Origin: Macrostomum hystrix
Taxonomy: Eukaryota; Animalia; Platyhelminthes
Reading direction: 5' to 3'
NCBI GenBank assembly: GCA_950097015.1
Contig: CATNEN010000003.1
Coordinates: forward strand, 3,348,001 to 3,412,000
DNA: 64,000 bases
The number at the start of each line of letters is the position of its first letter. The first letter of the stretch is position 1. The notes under the pieces are model-generated. The model searched no databases. It was not told where the DNA came from and worked only from the letters and a program-made list of their open reading frames with translations. The position numbers and the translations under genes were made by a program. Shown piece by piece: positions 1 to 11,900 of this stretch.

Positions 1-3000
1 TTGCAGGGCCCGGGAACTGAAGCCCCTGGCGGCGGCAGTCCGCAGATAAGACCTCGTCGCCAGCCAGCCGCCATCGGGACAGCCGACATCCTGATCCGTG
101 GCGTGGCAGGAGACACTCAGGAAATCAGCAGTGGTGCCAATCAGATCCGAAGTTAGCTTTTTCTTCTGGTCCACCCTGATGCGTAGGGATTTTTACAGAT
201 TGGGTATAATAAATATTATTGCGCAGCGCATCTGAAGGCTGCGTACGGCTGTTCAGTCCATGGACTGAGGGGACGCCACACCCACCCTTAATCACCCCAG
301 CTAATGCTGTTACCCATTTAACAGCTGGGTGAACTGAAGCAATGCAGAGTGAAGTGTCATTGCCAAAGGAATCGAATCCCCGACCTTCCAGCCGTATGTC
401 CGACACTAACCACAAGATTAGAAACATGTTTAGGTGAAAGCCAAACAGGGATTTCAATTGAGAAGTAAGTATTGAATTTGGACTTCTATACTTCTAAGGT
501 TATAAATATACTTTAACGTGAGAAGTAGACTTTGTAGGTGACAAGTAGACATTCTATTAGAGAAGTAGACTTTCTATTTGAGAAGTAGACTTTGTAGGTG
601 ACAAGTAGACATTCTATTAGAGAAGTAGACTTTCTATTTGAGAAGTAGGCTTTCTATTTTGAGAAGTAGGCTTTCTATTATGAGAAGTAGGCTTTCTATT
701 TGAGAAGTAGGCTTTCTATTTGAGAAGTAGGCTTTCTATTTGAGAAGTAGGCTTTCTATTTTGAGAAGTAGGCTTTCTATTTGAGAAGTAGGCTTTCTAT
801 TTGAGAAGTAGACTTTCTATTTGAGAAGTAGGCTTTCTATTTTGAGAAGTAGGCTTTCTATTTTGAGAAGTAGACTTTCTATTTTGAGAAGTAGACTTTC
901 TATTTTGAGAAGTAGGCTTTCTATTTTGAGAAGTAGACTTTCTATTTGAGAAGTAGACTTTCTATTTGAGAAGTAGACTTTCTATTTGAGAAGTAGACTT
1001 TCTATTTGAGAAGTAGACTTTCTATTTGAGAAGTAGGCTTTCTATTTTGAGAAGTAGGCTTTCTATTTGAGAAGTAGAGCTTAAGCAAGCAATTGAACCC
1101 CATGTAAAAAGCAGAGTATTAGCTAATAAGCTATGGAACTCACCGCACAGTGAGTGGCATTAGCAGCCAGTTGTTAACCAGCAGTTCAATCTGTGGCTGT
1201 GTATTAGGCGGACAAGGCAGGCAATGTCCAGCTGAGTTTGTTGAGTACTGACCCACCGGACAAGCCCTACAAAGCAGGGTGGAAGTTGCACTGGACTCAA
1301 CCAGCTCGGAGCCCGGGTAGCAGGGGTCCTTTGAGCAGGACTCTTCTGGACCGGGTGCTGGAAGTTTCACACCGTCGGGCTGATCGGACTCCCGGCAAAC
1401 CTGTGGGATAAATTGTGGTGATTTTAGTGATTAATATTATTTTTTGCTGTTGAATATTTAAAATGGAATATTCGATCAAAAAAATTTTCTGCTTTCAGTT
1501 GGCGTTTAAATTAATAATATAATTCCCTTCAGTATTAAAAGAAATCTCAATCTGCAAATTATCCTCAGAAAATCAGATAAAAAATATCCCCAGTTAATAA
1601 CTATCACAATCAGATTGCTTAACATCCCCACAGTTATTAATTATCCCTATCAGATTACAAAAATCCCCTCAGTTTTAAATTATCCTAATCAGATTGCTTA
1701 ACATCCCCTCAGTTATTTATTATCCCTATCAGATTACAAAATATCCCCTCAGTTATAAATTATCCTCATCAGACCACAAAAATCCCCACAGTTACTAATT
1801 ATCCCTATCAGGTTACAAATTATCCCTATCAGATTACAAAGTATCCCCTCAGTTACTAATTATCCCTATCAAATTTACAAATATCCCCTCAGTTATTTAT
1901 TATCTCTATCAGATAAAAAATATCCCCTCAGTTACTAATTATCCCCATCAGATTACAGAATATCCCCTCAGTTATTTACTAAGCCCAAACAGATTACTAA
2001 ATGCCTCACCTGCGGCTGCACCCATCGGTATTGCAACCGGGTAGCAACAGTCTTAGCTGTGCAAGACGGTGATTGCCATGGTTCAAACACTCGACAAACA
2101 GGCCTAGCCTGGCACTCGGCCGAGCCGGGTAGGGCAAACCGATCGGATGAACAATTCTGACACGGTGCGCCGCCACCCGGCGAAAATTGATCCCTAGGAC
2201 AGGCCGAACACCTGGTCTGACCTGGCTTAGCCGCGTAGGTCCCAGCGTGGCACGGCTGGCAGCTGTACACAAACGGCAAGCCGGTGACCTCAATAGAGTG
2301 CAGCAGGGCTGGATAATTATAGGCGAGCAAAGATTGAGCCGCATCTTTGTTTACAGACGCGCCGGCGCCAAATTCTAAGATCGGTTCTAGCGGCATCTTC
2401 TGGGGAGCGACTAGGGTCCAAGACAGCACATTTATGCCCATGCGAAGGCTGGTCTGAAAAAAAAAGAATTTTTTTAATGTGGAAATAAATCGAAAATTTG
2501 TTTAACAATAGAACAACGCACGGGGATTTCCCCCCCCCGACAATTTTTGTGCTGCACCCGAACGGAGCAACGCAAGCACACGAAACTCAAAACACGGACC
2601 AACTTTTTGTTGCGCATCTTTTGAAACAATAATCAAGTCGCCAGCTCTTTAGACCGTCGAGTTATTCAATGTTTCTGGCCCAAGGTCGGATTTTTCTCAT
2701 AAGCGCTAGTGTATTTCATACACCCCTATACACGAGTTGGCACTGCGGCCTTGCCAGGCCTTCAAAATTCCGCATATCACCCGAATGTCCCTGCATCATC
2801 TGCGTCTTCGAAGGTCACCTACTTTTAATTCTCCTTGGTTTGTTATTTCGCGCGCCCTTTTAATGTACTCTCTCCTCTCTCCCCCTGCCTGTTCAATTTA
2901 TTTATTAACCTTATTTTCTCTCTCGGCTCTGATTGGCTCTCACCTCGTCTCTCTTCCTTCCTCTGCGTTTCATCTCTTACCCTCTGGCCCGTCCTCGCAC

Positions 3001-5388
3001 ATGTTACCCTTCTAACCAACCCTCTTCCTTATCGCTCGTCAAAAGTTAAATATGTTTGACTCTCGGCCTGAAAGGGCTCCGTGCCGTATAGACGGGCTCT
3101 TAATGCGAAGACTTAATTTATTGCATAAATTAATAGACGTTACACCTACCTTTATCTAGACGGATTTGCTAGACTTTCTAGCGCTACAACAGGGGGAACT
3201 AGGCCACTATGGACACCCTGACGCGAATTTCTCAAATGTCACACTGATCATGCCTAAATATTAGGCGCAGCTCAACCACAGTACATCATCGCCTAGTCCG
3301 TCAACCAATCAGTCACCACCCAACTATGTTAGCATTCAGACGATGCCAAAAAAATCCTGGTCGTGGGGATTTATCCACATTTAAATTTATCCACAGAAAA
3401 TGAGCCTCACCACGCGAGAGGCAACCTCGCCTTGCTCAGTCTCCTCCAGCCAGGGCACGGCGCTCTCGTCGCCCAGACTCTCGCACCGATCGTTCTGCAC
3501 TTCGAACATAAACAGAGCCTCACTGAGCCTGTACTGATAGCGGAATGTCAGCATGCCGGGTGTGACCAGGTTCACTGTTAGTGTCAGCTTTAGTACGCAT
3601 CGAGCAGTTAGCTTGCCGGCAAGGAAACTTCCCATTGGCAACCAGCCAGCTCTGCGATTCGGGAGTGGGGGTGTGATAGTATCTTTTAGGTTAGGCTGGG
3701 ATTCGAACTCACGACCACTCAGTCAAGTAGCAGCTAAGTAGTAAGTAGCTAGTAGCAGTATTGGTAGAAATATTCCTGGTTGTACTAGCAGTCGTATCAC
3801 GGGGTTGGTGGCAGAGCAGTTAACACATTTGCCAATGACACAAAAGTCTCTAAGCTTGATTCCACATCAAAACCACATTCATTTAGGGCGCAGTTGCTGA
3901 GAGAAGTCTTGGGGGTTTGTCATGCCATTGACAACCTTGAGGGCCAACCTTCAAGGCATAGTGAAATGTCTCGTACACTGCCTGACAATAAGTCAGTCTG
4001 GGCAGATGTACACACCTGTGCATCCAAGTGCATGTGTGCTCAGGAGTCAGGAAAATTGCAGAATTGCTTTCTCGCTGGTGGCAGGTCTAGTGTCACCAAA
4101 TGCTGTGCCATAGCTATTATTATAAGCAGTTGTATCCAGTATCATATCCAGTTAGTACAAATAAAGTAATCATTTTTATTACTAGATGACAACTAGGAAC
4201 AATTTAAAATGTACCATTATTAAGTTTTGAGATATAAAATTTCATATGATGATATAATTTTACACATTTTTACTAAGAATACAGTAGGCCTATAAAAATG
4301 AATTTGAATTTATATTGCATATAAAATGAAATAAATTATATGCGCCCAAATTTAGCTTATATACTTTATTGGTGACATGAGGTCTTCAAATGCCTAAATG
4401 AATCAACTAATTGAAGTAAATAATCATCCATTTGTTTAGCTACTAACAACTAGGGCCTAAAGCTCATTGTGTTATTAATTAGACAAGTTGTAAAACTGCA
4501 TGAAATGATTAACTTAGCAACTTACCCTTTGCATGAAACATTTGTAGGAGTTCCCAGCACATCAGCTGTAGAAACTAGCTCAGTTGGTAATGAGTAGAAT
4601 GTGTCAAACAGCATACCAGAGCCCAGGGAATAATAGCCAACAGAGCACTGGCTACACTTTGAGTTCGATATGTCTAAGTAGTTACCAGGTGGGCAGGTAA
4701 AATCTAAAATTTGTTTGTTTGAGTAAATAATGGCTTTATTTTTTCATTTTTCCTTTTATTCAAAACTCTTTGCTAAATATTATTTTAGTTTCAGATTGAT
4801 GGTTTTACAATACTTATAGAACAACAGAATAAAGTTAATCTAAATAATAATTACCTAACACAAAAATAGGGATTAGAAATGAATTAATTCTGTGTAAAAC
4901 CTTTTTATTGACATTTTTGCAATCTGAATCTGGATAAGAAAAGAAAAAGAAAAACAAAATAAATTAACTTACTGCATGGCAGGCCTTGAGTTGGAAAGGC
5001 AACTGTGACAAGTTGGCAATCAATCTCAGGTCTGGGCACCTGAACACGCCACCTCATATTGTTGCTGCACTCAGTATAGGCATAGGTCAGATCAGTCTGT
5101 TAAGAAAAGGAAATTGCAACATGTCACAACAAAACATTTAAACTAGCTAGATAGTATAAAAGAGACCCATAAAAAGAAATGATATAAAGCCACAATATTT
5201 AGACAATAAATATGCGTAAAAATGTACGATGAGTAATCGAGCACGTTTTAATTACTTTTTAGCTATTTAATTATTTAATTAGCTCTATTCGCACTGACCT
5301 GAGTACAGACTCGAGCGCTCGCTGTAGTGGCGAGTGTAAGCAACGATGATACCAAAATTAAAAGCGTCACAGAAAATATTTTCTGCAT
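1..5388 (-). CDS. ELAPOR: ELAPOR1/2 (KIAA1324/UPF0577)-family cysteine-rich type I membrane protein, 5' part. Exons 5388-5299, 5096-4973, 4703-4526, 3651-3411, 2453-2010, 1400-1144, 175-<1
   Basis: Seven GT-AG exons join in phase: signal peptide MQKIFSVTLLILVSSLLTLATTASA, then CTQTDLTYAYTECSNNMRWRVQVP, FTCPPGNYLDISNSKCSQCSVGYYSLGSGMLFD, VNLVTPGMLTFRYQY...FMFEVQNDRC, GINVLSW, CQPCHAGTYAAKPG. These match the order and motifs I recall for human KIAA1324 (YEYTACD..RWRVAVP, CAEGRYSLGTGIRFD, FFVQNDQC, GNNVLYW). Confidence 0.9.
221..415 (-). mobile_element. tRNA-headed CORE-like SINE, family A (degenerate copy)
   Basis: Reverse complement has GGTCGGGGATTCGATTCC, CATTGCTTCAGTTCACCCAGCTGTTAAATGGGT and AGTCCATGGACTGAACAGCCGTACGCAGCCTTCAGATGCG, shared with copies at about 23.2, 25.2, 40.4, 48.1 and 50.2 kb. 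Confidence 0.8.
458..1078. repeat. 20-21 bp minisatellite (TTTCTATTTGAGAAGTAGRC)n, intronic
   Basis: About 30 visible tandem units. Confidence 0.95.
1545..2000. repeat. Degenerate ~38-40 bp minisatellite (CAGATTACAAAATATCCCCTCAGTTAYTAATTATCCCTAT-like), intronic
   Basis: Recurring CCCCTCAGTTA and ATTATCCCTATCAGATT motifs. Confidence 0.85.
2630..3130 (+). mobile_element. Probable retroelement relic (terminal/promoter region) ending in a spliced-leader-like sequence
   Basis: GC-richer insert in an AT-rich intron. A ~39-nt block (2781-2819) recurs inverted at ~48952-48990. It also has a pyrimidine tract with CTGATTGGCT (CCAAT), an AT-rich box at ~3045 and an SL-like sequence at 3083-3127. Confidence 0.45.
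3083..3127 (+). ncRNA. Flatworm spliced-leader (SL) exon-like sequence (relic or element-borne), no clear SL RNA intron downstream
   Basis: GCCGTATAGACGGGCTCTTAATGCGAAGACTTAATTTATTGCATA has the CCGT-loop-ACGG 5' hairpin and TTGCAT 3' end typical of platyhelminth SLs. It differs at only a few positions from the Macrostomum SL as I recall it; the terminal ATG reads ATA here. Confidence 0.7.
3801..4122 (+). mobile_element. tRNA-headed SINE, family B (diverged copy)
   Basis: GGGGTTGGTGGCAGAGCAGTTAAC...TTGATTCCAC...CTTGAGGGCCAACC...GGTCTAGTGTCACCAAAT plus TATTATTAT tail; aligns with 24213-24585(-) and 39263-39582(+). Confidence 0.8.
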
Positions 5389-5916
5389 CCTGAAAGTCAG
5401 GAAAAGATAAAAATCTTATCCAGCGTTAAAAATTCAATAGATTCAGTTACTGCTTCATAGTGTAATAAGCAGCGTTAGCTGTTTCTTAGAACATTCATGT
5501 AAAAATAAAAATTTTAAAAGACAACTAAAAAACAAATACAAGCAAAATTATTGCTAATTTATTTGTTCAGCGGCAAATAATACCGAAATTTGTAGTAATT
5601 TAGTTAACTTACAACCTTTTAGCTGCTCTTTTTGGAATATATCTCATGCTATAAACAAGCAAATGCTACGCACATTTTTAACTTTGTTGAAGAAAGATTT
5701 TTTGGTGCCAATTTGCATTACTGGCTTTTTTGTTTTTATTCTTTATTGCTGGACTTACTTTCGAATTAGTTGCTTTTACAAAAAAGCGCTCGTCATATGC
5801 TATAGATTACATACTCAATAACAATTTTTATTTATCATAAACAACAAAAATATATTGTGATTAGGTTAGGTTTAAAGGTTTCAATCTATTTTGTTTAATA
5901 AAAAGCTGAGACTGAG
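5389..5916. promoter_or_regulatory. Head-to-head intergenic region (probable bidirectional promoter) between ELAPOR and KIZ
   Basis: Divergent start codons 528 bp apart; AT-rich spacer. Confidence 0.55.
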
Positions 5917-8900
5917 ATGGTTTCGGTCGAATATCTGAAGACCACTGCCCGACTTCAAGAGTCGGTATTAGATTGGTAATTTTTCGTCTAAAATTTTTGT
6001 TTCTGCTTTTAAGAACATGCATTTATTAATTATGTCATATTTCAAGCAGACCATATAGACACTTAGGTATTTAAAATATGAGTTTCAGGGTGAATGGTAA
6101 ATGTCGCGACCAAATCTAATATTTTATTCATTTGCATGAGGCAGGGTATTTTTCATTGTTTTCCACTGACTTGCTATATTGTTAATCGTGTAATTATTCT
6201 TCATGAAAATCGTTAGTTCATATTTCGAATATCAGTTATATGTCTACCACAGACTAGCTATACTGTAAGCATTACAATTTTGGGGCTTAAAAAATAAAGC
6301 AATTTTTCCTTCTCCGTTATTTACCTCTGTCTAATTACTACTATGCTTGACTAAAAAATAATAGCTCCGCCCACAAACTATACTGAGGTGATTTCGTCGC
6401 AAGATCAGAAAGGGAAACCTACCATACTCTATGGCCAGAATTCCGTTCGAAGCTTTAAACTTGCAAAAGTCTAGAAAACAAAATTAAACTAATTTGGCAC
6501 TCTATAGTTCTCAGCTAAAGTTTAAAAAAGACGAGCATATAAAAGCAAATGTCCGACCTGCCAAGCTGCCAAAGCGCATTAGACCTGTCAGAAGCAAGCG
6601 ATGTCGATGAAACGTCCTTCTCTAAGACTCCGATTCGTGTGGATGACGACGACGCTTCGATTGCGTCAGACATTTCTAGCGACAGCAGCGGCGGATCTGT
6701 GCACTTCAACGAGCGCGGCGATCGTACCTACTTTCACGTCTGGAGCGACATGCTCACCTGCGATGAAATGAATCTATTAGATTCAAAGGCCGAAACTGAG
6801 TTGCCAAACTATGTTGAAGGCGACGAGATCAACAATCCGAACATTCACAAGCCGCTGAGCATTGATACGAGCCTGCCCTGTCCACTGATTCAATTCGGCC
6901 CGATACCGAAGCGTTGCAACAAAGTGGCAGCAAAAACGGAAAATGCATCCGAGACAGTGGATGATTCACCCACAAAGTCAAATTTTGCTGGAGACATTGT
7001 GGCAAAGAACAATGACGAGGCGGCTTTGAATGTCAGTGCTAGCCTTCGTCAACATCAGCGAGAAGCTGAGAACGAGAACGATGAGGCATCTGATGGCCCT
7101 GGCTGCTCCGCAAAGCATGGTCACGATGAGCGCTGCTGCGATTTCAGCTTGGTGGCCGCAAAAAACAACGCCCGACGCAAAATGGAGGCTAAACAGCGTC
7201 GCCTAGAACGGAAACGCCTAGTTCGCAACTGACTGCTGAGGCTCACGGCCCTGCTGTTGCTAAAATTCTGTCTTCTTTTATTTTCTAATCACGATCGCCG
7301 TAATAAACACAAAGTGAAGTCTTTCTTAGACTGTCTTTGTATTTCGTGAAGTTTTTTTCGTCCACGAAACAGTGAATGCTGTGAGGTCAAATCTTTGTCA
7401 CAATGCTTGTTAAAGCATCAATACAAGATAAGGCTGAAACAGGTTAAATAAAATTAAAGCTTTATTTCGTAATTCAAAGACACCGACTTTGTTCTGACTT
7501 TGTTCTGACATTGAAACATTTCTGTGTCACGGTGTAAGACATTCGCATCTTTAAATGTGATACTAGCAGTTGATTGAATAGTGTTTTGGTGTGCACTGCT
7601 TGCTGTTTCCACCGAAAGCTGTAGGGTTGTCACTCTATATCTTACCGGTGACTAAGGGTGTGTTTGTGTCTATTATCCAAGTTGGCTTACTAATGTCCAT
7701 AGGTGGGCATAGTAAAACAATCCTAAGAAAAAAATTTAACTTGTAAACGTACTAAACTATATAGTAACTAACCAGTCATCATAACACATCGAATCATTTG
7801 ATCAACTTGATTTTTTGTATTTTAGCGAATCAAAGCGGTTAAGCCTGGAGCAGAAGTTAAAGGCACTTAAAAGCGGGTGAGTTCACGAGCTTAATAGCTT
7901 CTTTACAAGCGATTCTTTCAAGACAACTTGACTCGACTCGTCCTTCCCTTCCAAGTTACGAAAAATTACGACTTGTACTTGTTGTTTCTTGCCGACAAAA
8001 ACTTGCTCTCCATTCTCATTCAAACCATGTTTTTATCGTCTGGCTGATATTCAGATTTTATCTATGGCTGGTGTGCTTTACACGCACACTCTGATTGGCT
8101 AACAGGGTTTATCTACGCTCTTATTGACTAGAAGGGTTATCCACTCTGTCATTGACTGGCTGTCATACACGAGTATTTAATAGGAATTAAGTCTGTCCTA
8201 AATTCTGATTGGCTGACGATTTTTTAAGTATAAAAAGAACTTATCCAAACACAGGTCCAATGGCGCCACTTCGACTGCTCTTTCCGGCTACTACCAGGAT
8301 CTCTGTCAACGCGAGACCTCAATGCAGCGTCGGGCTCAACAGCTGCTTGCCGACCTGGACCGTTCCGAAGCCAGTTTTCGCACCTTAGAGCGTCGAGTCG
8401 GTCAGCTGCGCGCCAGACGGGACGCAATTTTAGCCGAGCACGGACCGCATTGGCGCGACGAGCTCATCGACTTCCTGCGCCGTCGGACTTCCGACGCATC
8501 TGAGAAGATCTCTGGCTCAGTGTCGTTTAAGCCTGACGCGTCGAAGATTGTGGCAACACCTGTCGCAGGTACATTGCTGGACAGCGCCACTGTCGACAGC
8601 GGCGTGCCACCGTTGCACCTGTCTCAGCTGAGCAAGTCTGGCGGTGGCAGCACTGCCGCCGCTAAAGCCGCCGCAGTCGCCTCGGGCTCCGGTGCCGCTG
8701 CTGGCGGTGGTTGGAACACCAGCGGCGCCTTGCTGGGCCTGACTGAGTCCACAATGGACTCAACAGCATTCTCCAGGTATGAGCTGAGTATGAATGCGTG
8801 AAGCGGACAAAGAAAAGGACTTCAAAACTGCAAATCAAATCGTTTCAGATCGGGTAGTCAGCTTGGCGACACCGCCCGACAGAAAACTCCGAGATCGTCT

Positions 8901-11900
8901 CTACAGCAACAGCAGCAGGAGGAAAAACACTCGCCGCCAGCCCCAAATCCAAAGCTCACGGAGACGGCCGATGTATCCGACTTGACAGTGCATGGCCTGC
9001 ACCGACTTCTGGACTTTATCGATGCCGAGATGAAGCGAGCACAGCCCCGCATACTTGCTAGCTATTACGCAACGTCACCGCCGTCCGACGCAATGCGAAA
9101 CGAGATCTGCAGAGCCGCTAACTCGGACGCAGGCATCCCCAGTCACTTGTCCGCCGTAAGTGCCAGAATATATATATTGATTTGCCAAAGTTTACCTACC
9201 TTAAGTAGCATAACTAGATGATGTTTAATAGAATCCAAAACTTGCACGCCAAAGGTATCGGCAACCGCTCTACTTCTGGAAGAGCTTGATGCGCTCGTGG
9301 ACACCCGGTTGCCAAGCAGATGCGTCTTCACTGACAGCCTCGTGTCGGCTCTGTCTGGCATGTCTGATCCTCGCCAGCTAGTTCGCCAGATCGACATGAA
9401 CATCGGCGACGAGCTGGCAAGGGAACTTTGGCACCGCCTGCTGCGCCACATGCGCCAGCTGAAGCTGCGCACTGACCGCTCCTCCTTGGATATCGCCAGA
9501 CTGTTCTGCCCCGCCCTGCTGCCTATGAGCAGCAAGGCCAGCGTGGCCGATCGACTGGTCCGCGAGACCGTCCGCATCCTCGACTGCGGCGCTGACGATG
9601 ACGGTATCGACGATGTCGACGGTGATGACGATGATGATGAGTCATTGACGATAGCCTCGGATAGGAAGCCTCAGCCGCAGAAAAAACCGCAGCGGCCACC
9701 GTCGCCCAAGTCAGCTGCAGTGGCCGAGTCGATGCAGGCCACGGCCGGCTCGTTTGTTGACGAAGGCGAAGCAGACGAAGATGAAGACGTCCTAGAGGAC
9801 GATGATGATGACGATGATTTTGACGTTGCGAAAGGAAAGACGCCGACTGCTGCTGCTGCAGCGGCTCCCGACAGCCTCAATGTGACAAGGAACCCGGAGC
9901 TTCGAGCCAGCAGCTCCGATGCACACGTCAGAGGTTCGTGGTAGAAGCTTAGACTAGCAATCTATTCTGTTCCTTCATCCACTGAGAGGCTAGACTAGCA
10001 ATCCATTCTGTTCCTTCATCCACTGAGAGGCTAGACTAGCAATCCATTCTGTTCCTTCACCCACTGAGAGGTCTAGACTAGCAATCCATTCTGTTCCTTC
10101 ATCCACTGAGAGGCTAGACTAGCAATCCATTCTGTTCCTTCATCCACTGAGAGGCTAGACTAGCAATCCATTCTGTTCCTTCATCCACTGAGAGGCTCGA
10201 CTAGCAATCCATTCTGTTCCTTCATCCACTGAGAGGCTAGACTAGCAATCCATTCTGTTCCTTCATCCACTGAGAGGCTAGACTAGCAATCCATTCTGTT
10301 CCTTCATCCACTGAGAGGCTCGACTAGCAATCCATTATGTTCATTCATCCACTGAAAGGATAGACTAGCAATCCATTCTGTTCCTTCATCCACTGAGAGG
10401 CTAGACTAGCAATCCATTCTGTTCCTTCATCCACTGAGAGGCTAGACTAGCAATCCATTATGTTAATTCATCCACTGAGAGGCTAGACTAGCAATCCATT
10501 CTGTTCCATCATCCACTGAGAGGCTAGACTAGCAATCCATTATGTTCATTCATCCACTGAGAGGCTAGACTAGCAATCCATTCTCTTCCTTCATCCACTG
10601 AGAGGCTAGACTAGCAATCCATTCTGTTCCTTCATCCACTGAGAGGCTAGACTAGCAATCCATTCTGTTCCTTCACCCACTGAGAGGCTAGACTAGCAAT
10701 CCATTCTGTTCCTTCATCCACTGAGAGGCTAGACTAGCAATCCATTCTGTTCCTTCATCCACTGAGAGGCTAGACTAGCAATCCATTCTGTTCCTTCATC
10801 CACTGAGAGGCTAGACTAGCAATCCATTCTGTTCCTTCACCCACTGAGGGGCTAGACTAGCAATCCATTCTGTTAATTCATCCACTGAGAGGCTAGACTA
10901 GCAATCCATTCTGTTCCTTCACCCACTGAGGGGCTAGACTAGCAATCCATTCTGTTAATTCATCCACTGAAAGGATAGACTAGCAATCCATTCTGTTCCT
11001 TCATCCACTGAGAGGCTAGACTAGCAATCCATTCTGTTCATTCATCCACTGAGAGGCTAGACTAGCAATCCATTCTGTTCCTTCATCCACTGAGAGGCTA
11101 GACTAGCAATCCATTATGTTCATTCATCCACTGAGAGGCTAGACTAGCAATCCATTCTGTTCCTTTATCCACTGAGAGGCTAGACTAGCAATCCATTCTG
11201 TTCCTTCACCCACTGAGAGGCTAGACTAGCAATCCATTCTGTTCCTTCATCCACTGAGAGGCTAGACTAGCAATCCATTCTGTTCCTTCATCCACTGAGA
11301 GGCTAGACTAGCAATCCATTCTGTTCCTTCATCCACTGAGAGGCTAGACTAGCAATCCATTCTGTTCCTTCACCCACTGAGAGGCTAGACTAGCAATCCA
11401 TTCTGTTCCTTCACCCACTGAGAGGCTAGACTAGCAATCCATTATGTTCATTCATCCACTGAGCGGCTAGACTAGCAATCCATTCTGTTCATTCATCCAC
11501 TGAAAGGATAGACTAGCAATCCATTATGTTCATTCATCCACTGAAAGGATAGACTAGCAATCCATTATGTTCATTCATCCACTGAGAGGCTAGACTAGCA
11601 ATCCATTCTGTTCCTTCATCCACTGAGAGGCTAGACTAGCAATCCATTCTGTTCCATCATCCACTGAGCGGCTAGACTAGCAATCCATTCTGTTCCTTCA
11701 CCCACTGAGAGGCTAGACTAGCAATCCATTCTGTTCCTTCATCCACTGAGAGGCTAGACTAGCAATCCATTCTGTTCCTTCACCCACTGAAAGGATAGAC
11801 TAGCAATCCATTATGTTCATTCATCCACTGAGCGGCTAGACTAGCAATCCATTCTGTTCATTCATCCACTGAAAGGATAGACTAGCAATCCATTATGTTC

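Noticed and set aside
3066-3095. Hammerhead ribozyme core (CTGAAAG-GGC..GCC-GTAT)
   Set aside because: The CUGANGA and GAAA catalytic motifs are not intact and stems I and III are not evident.
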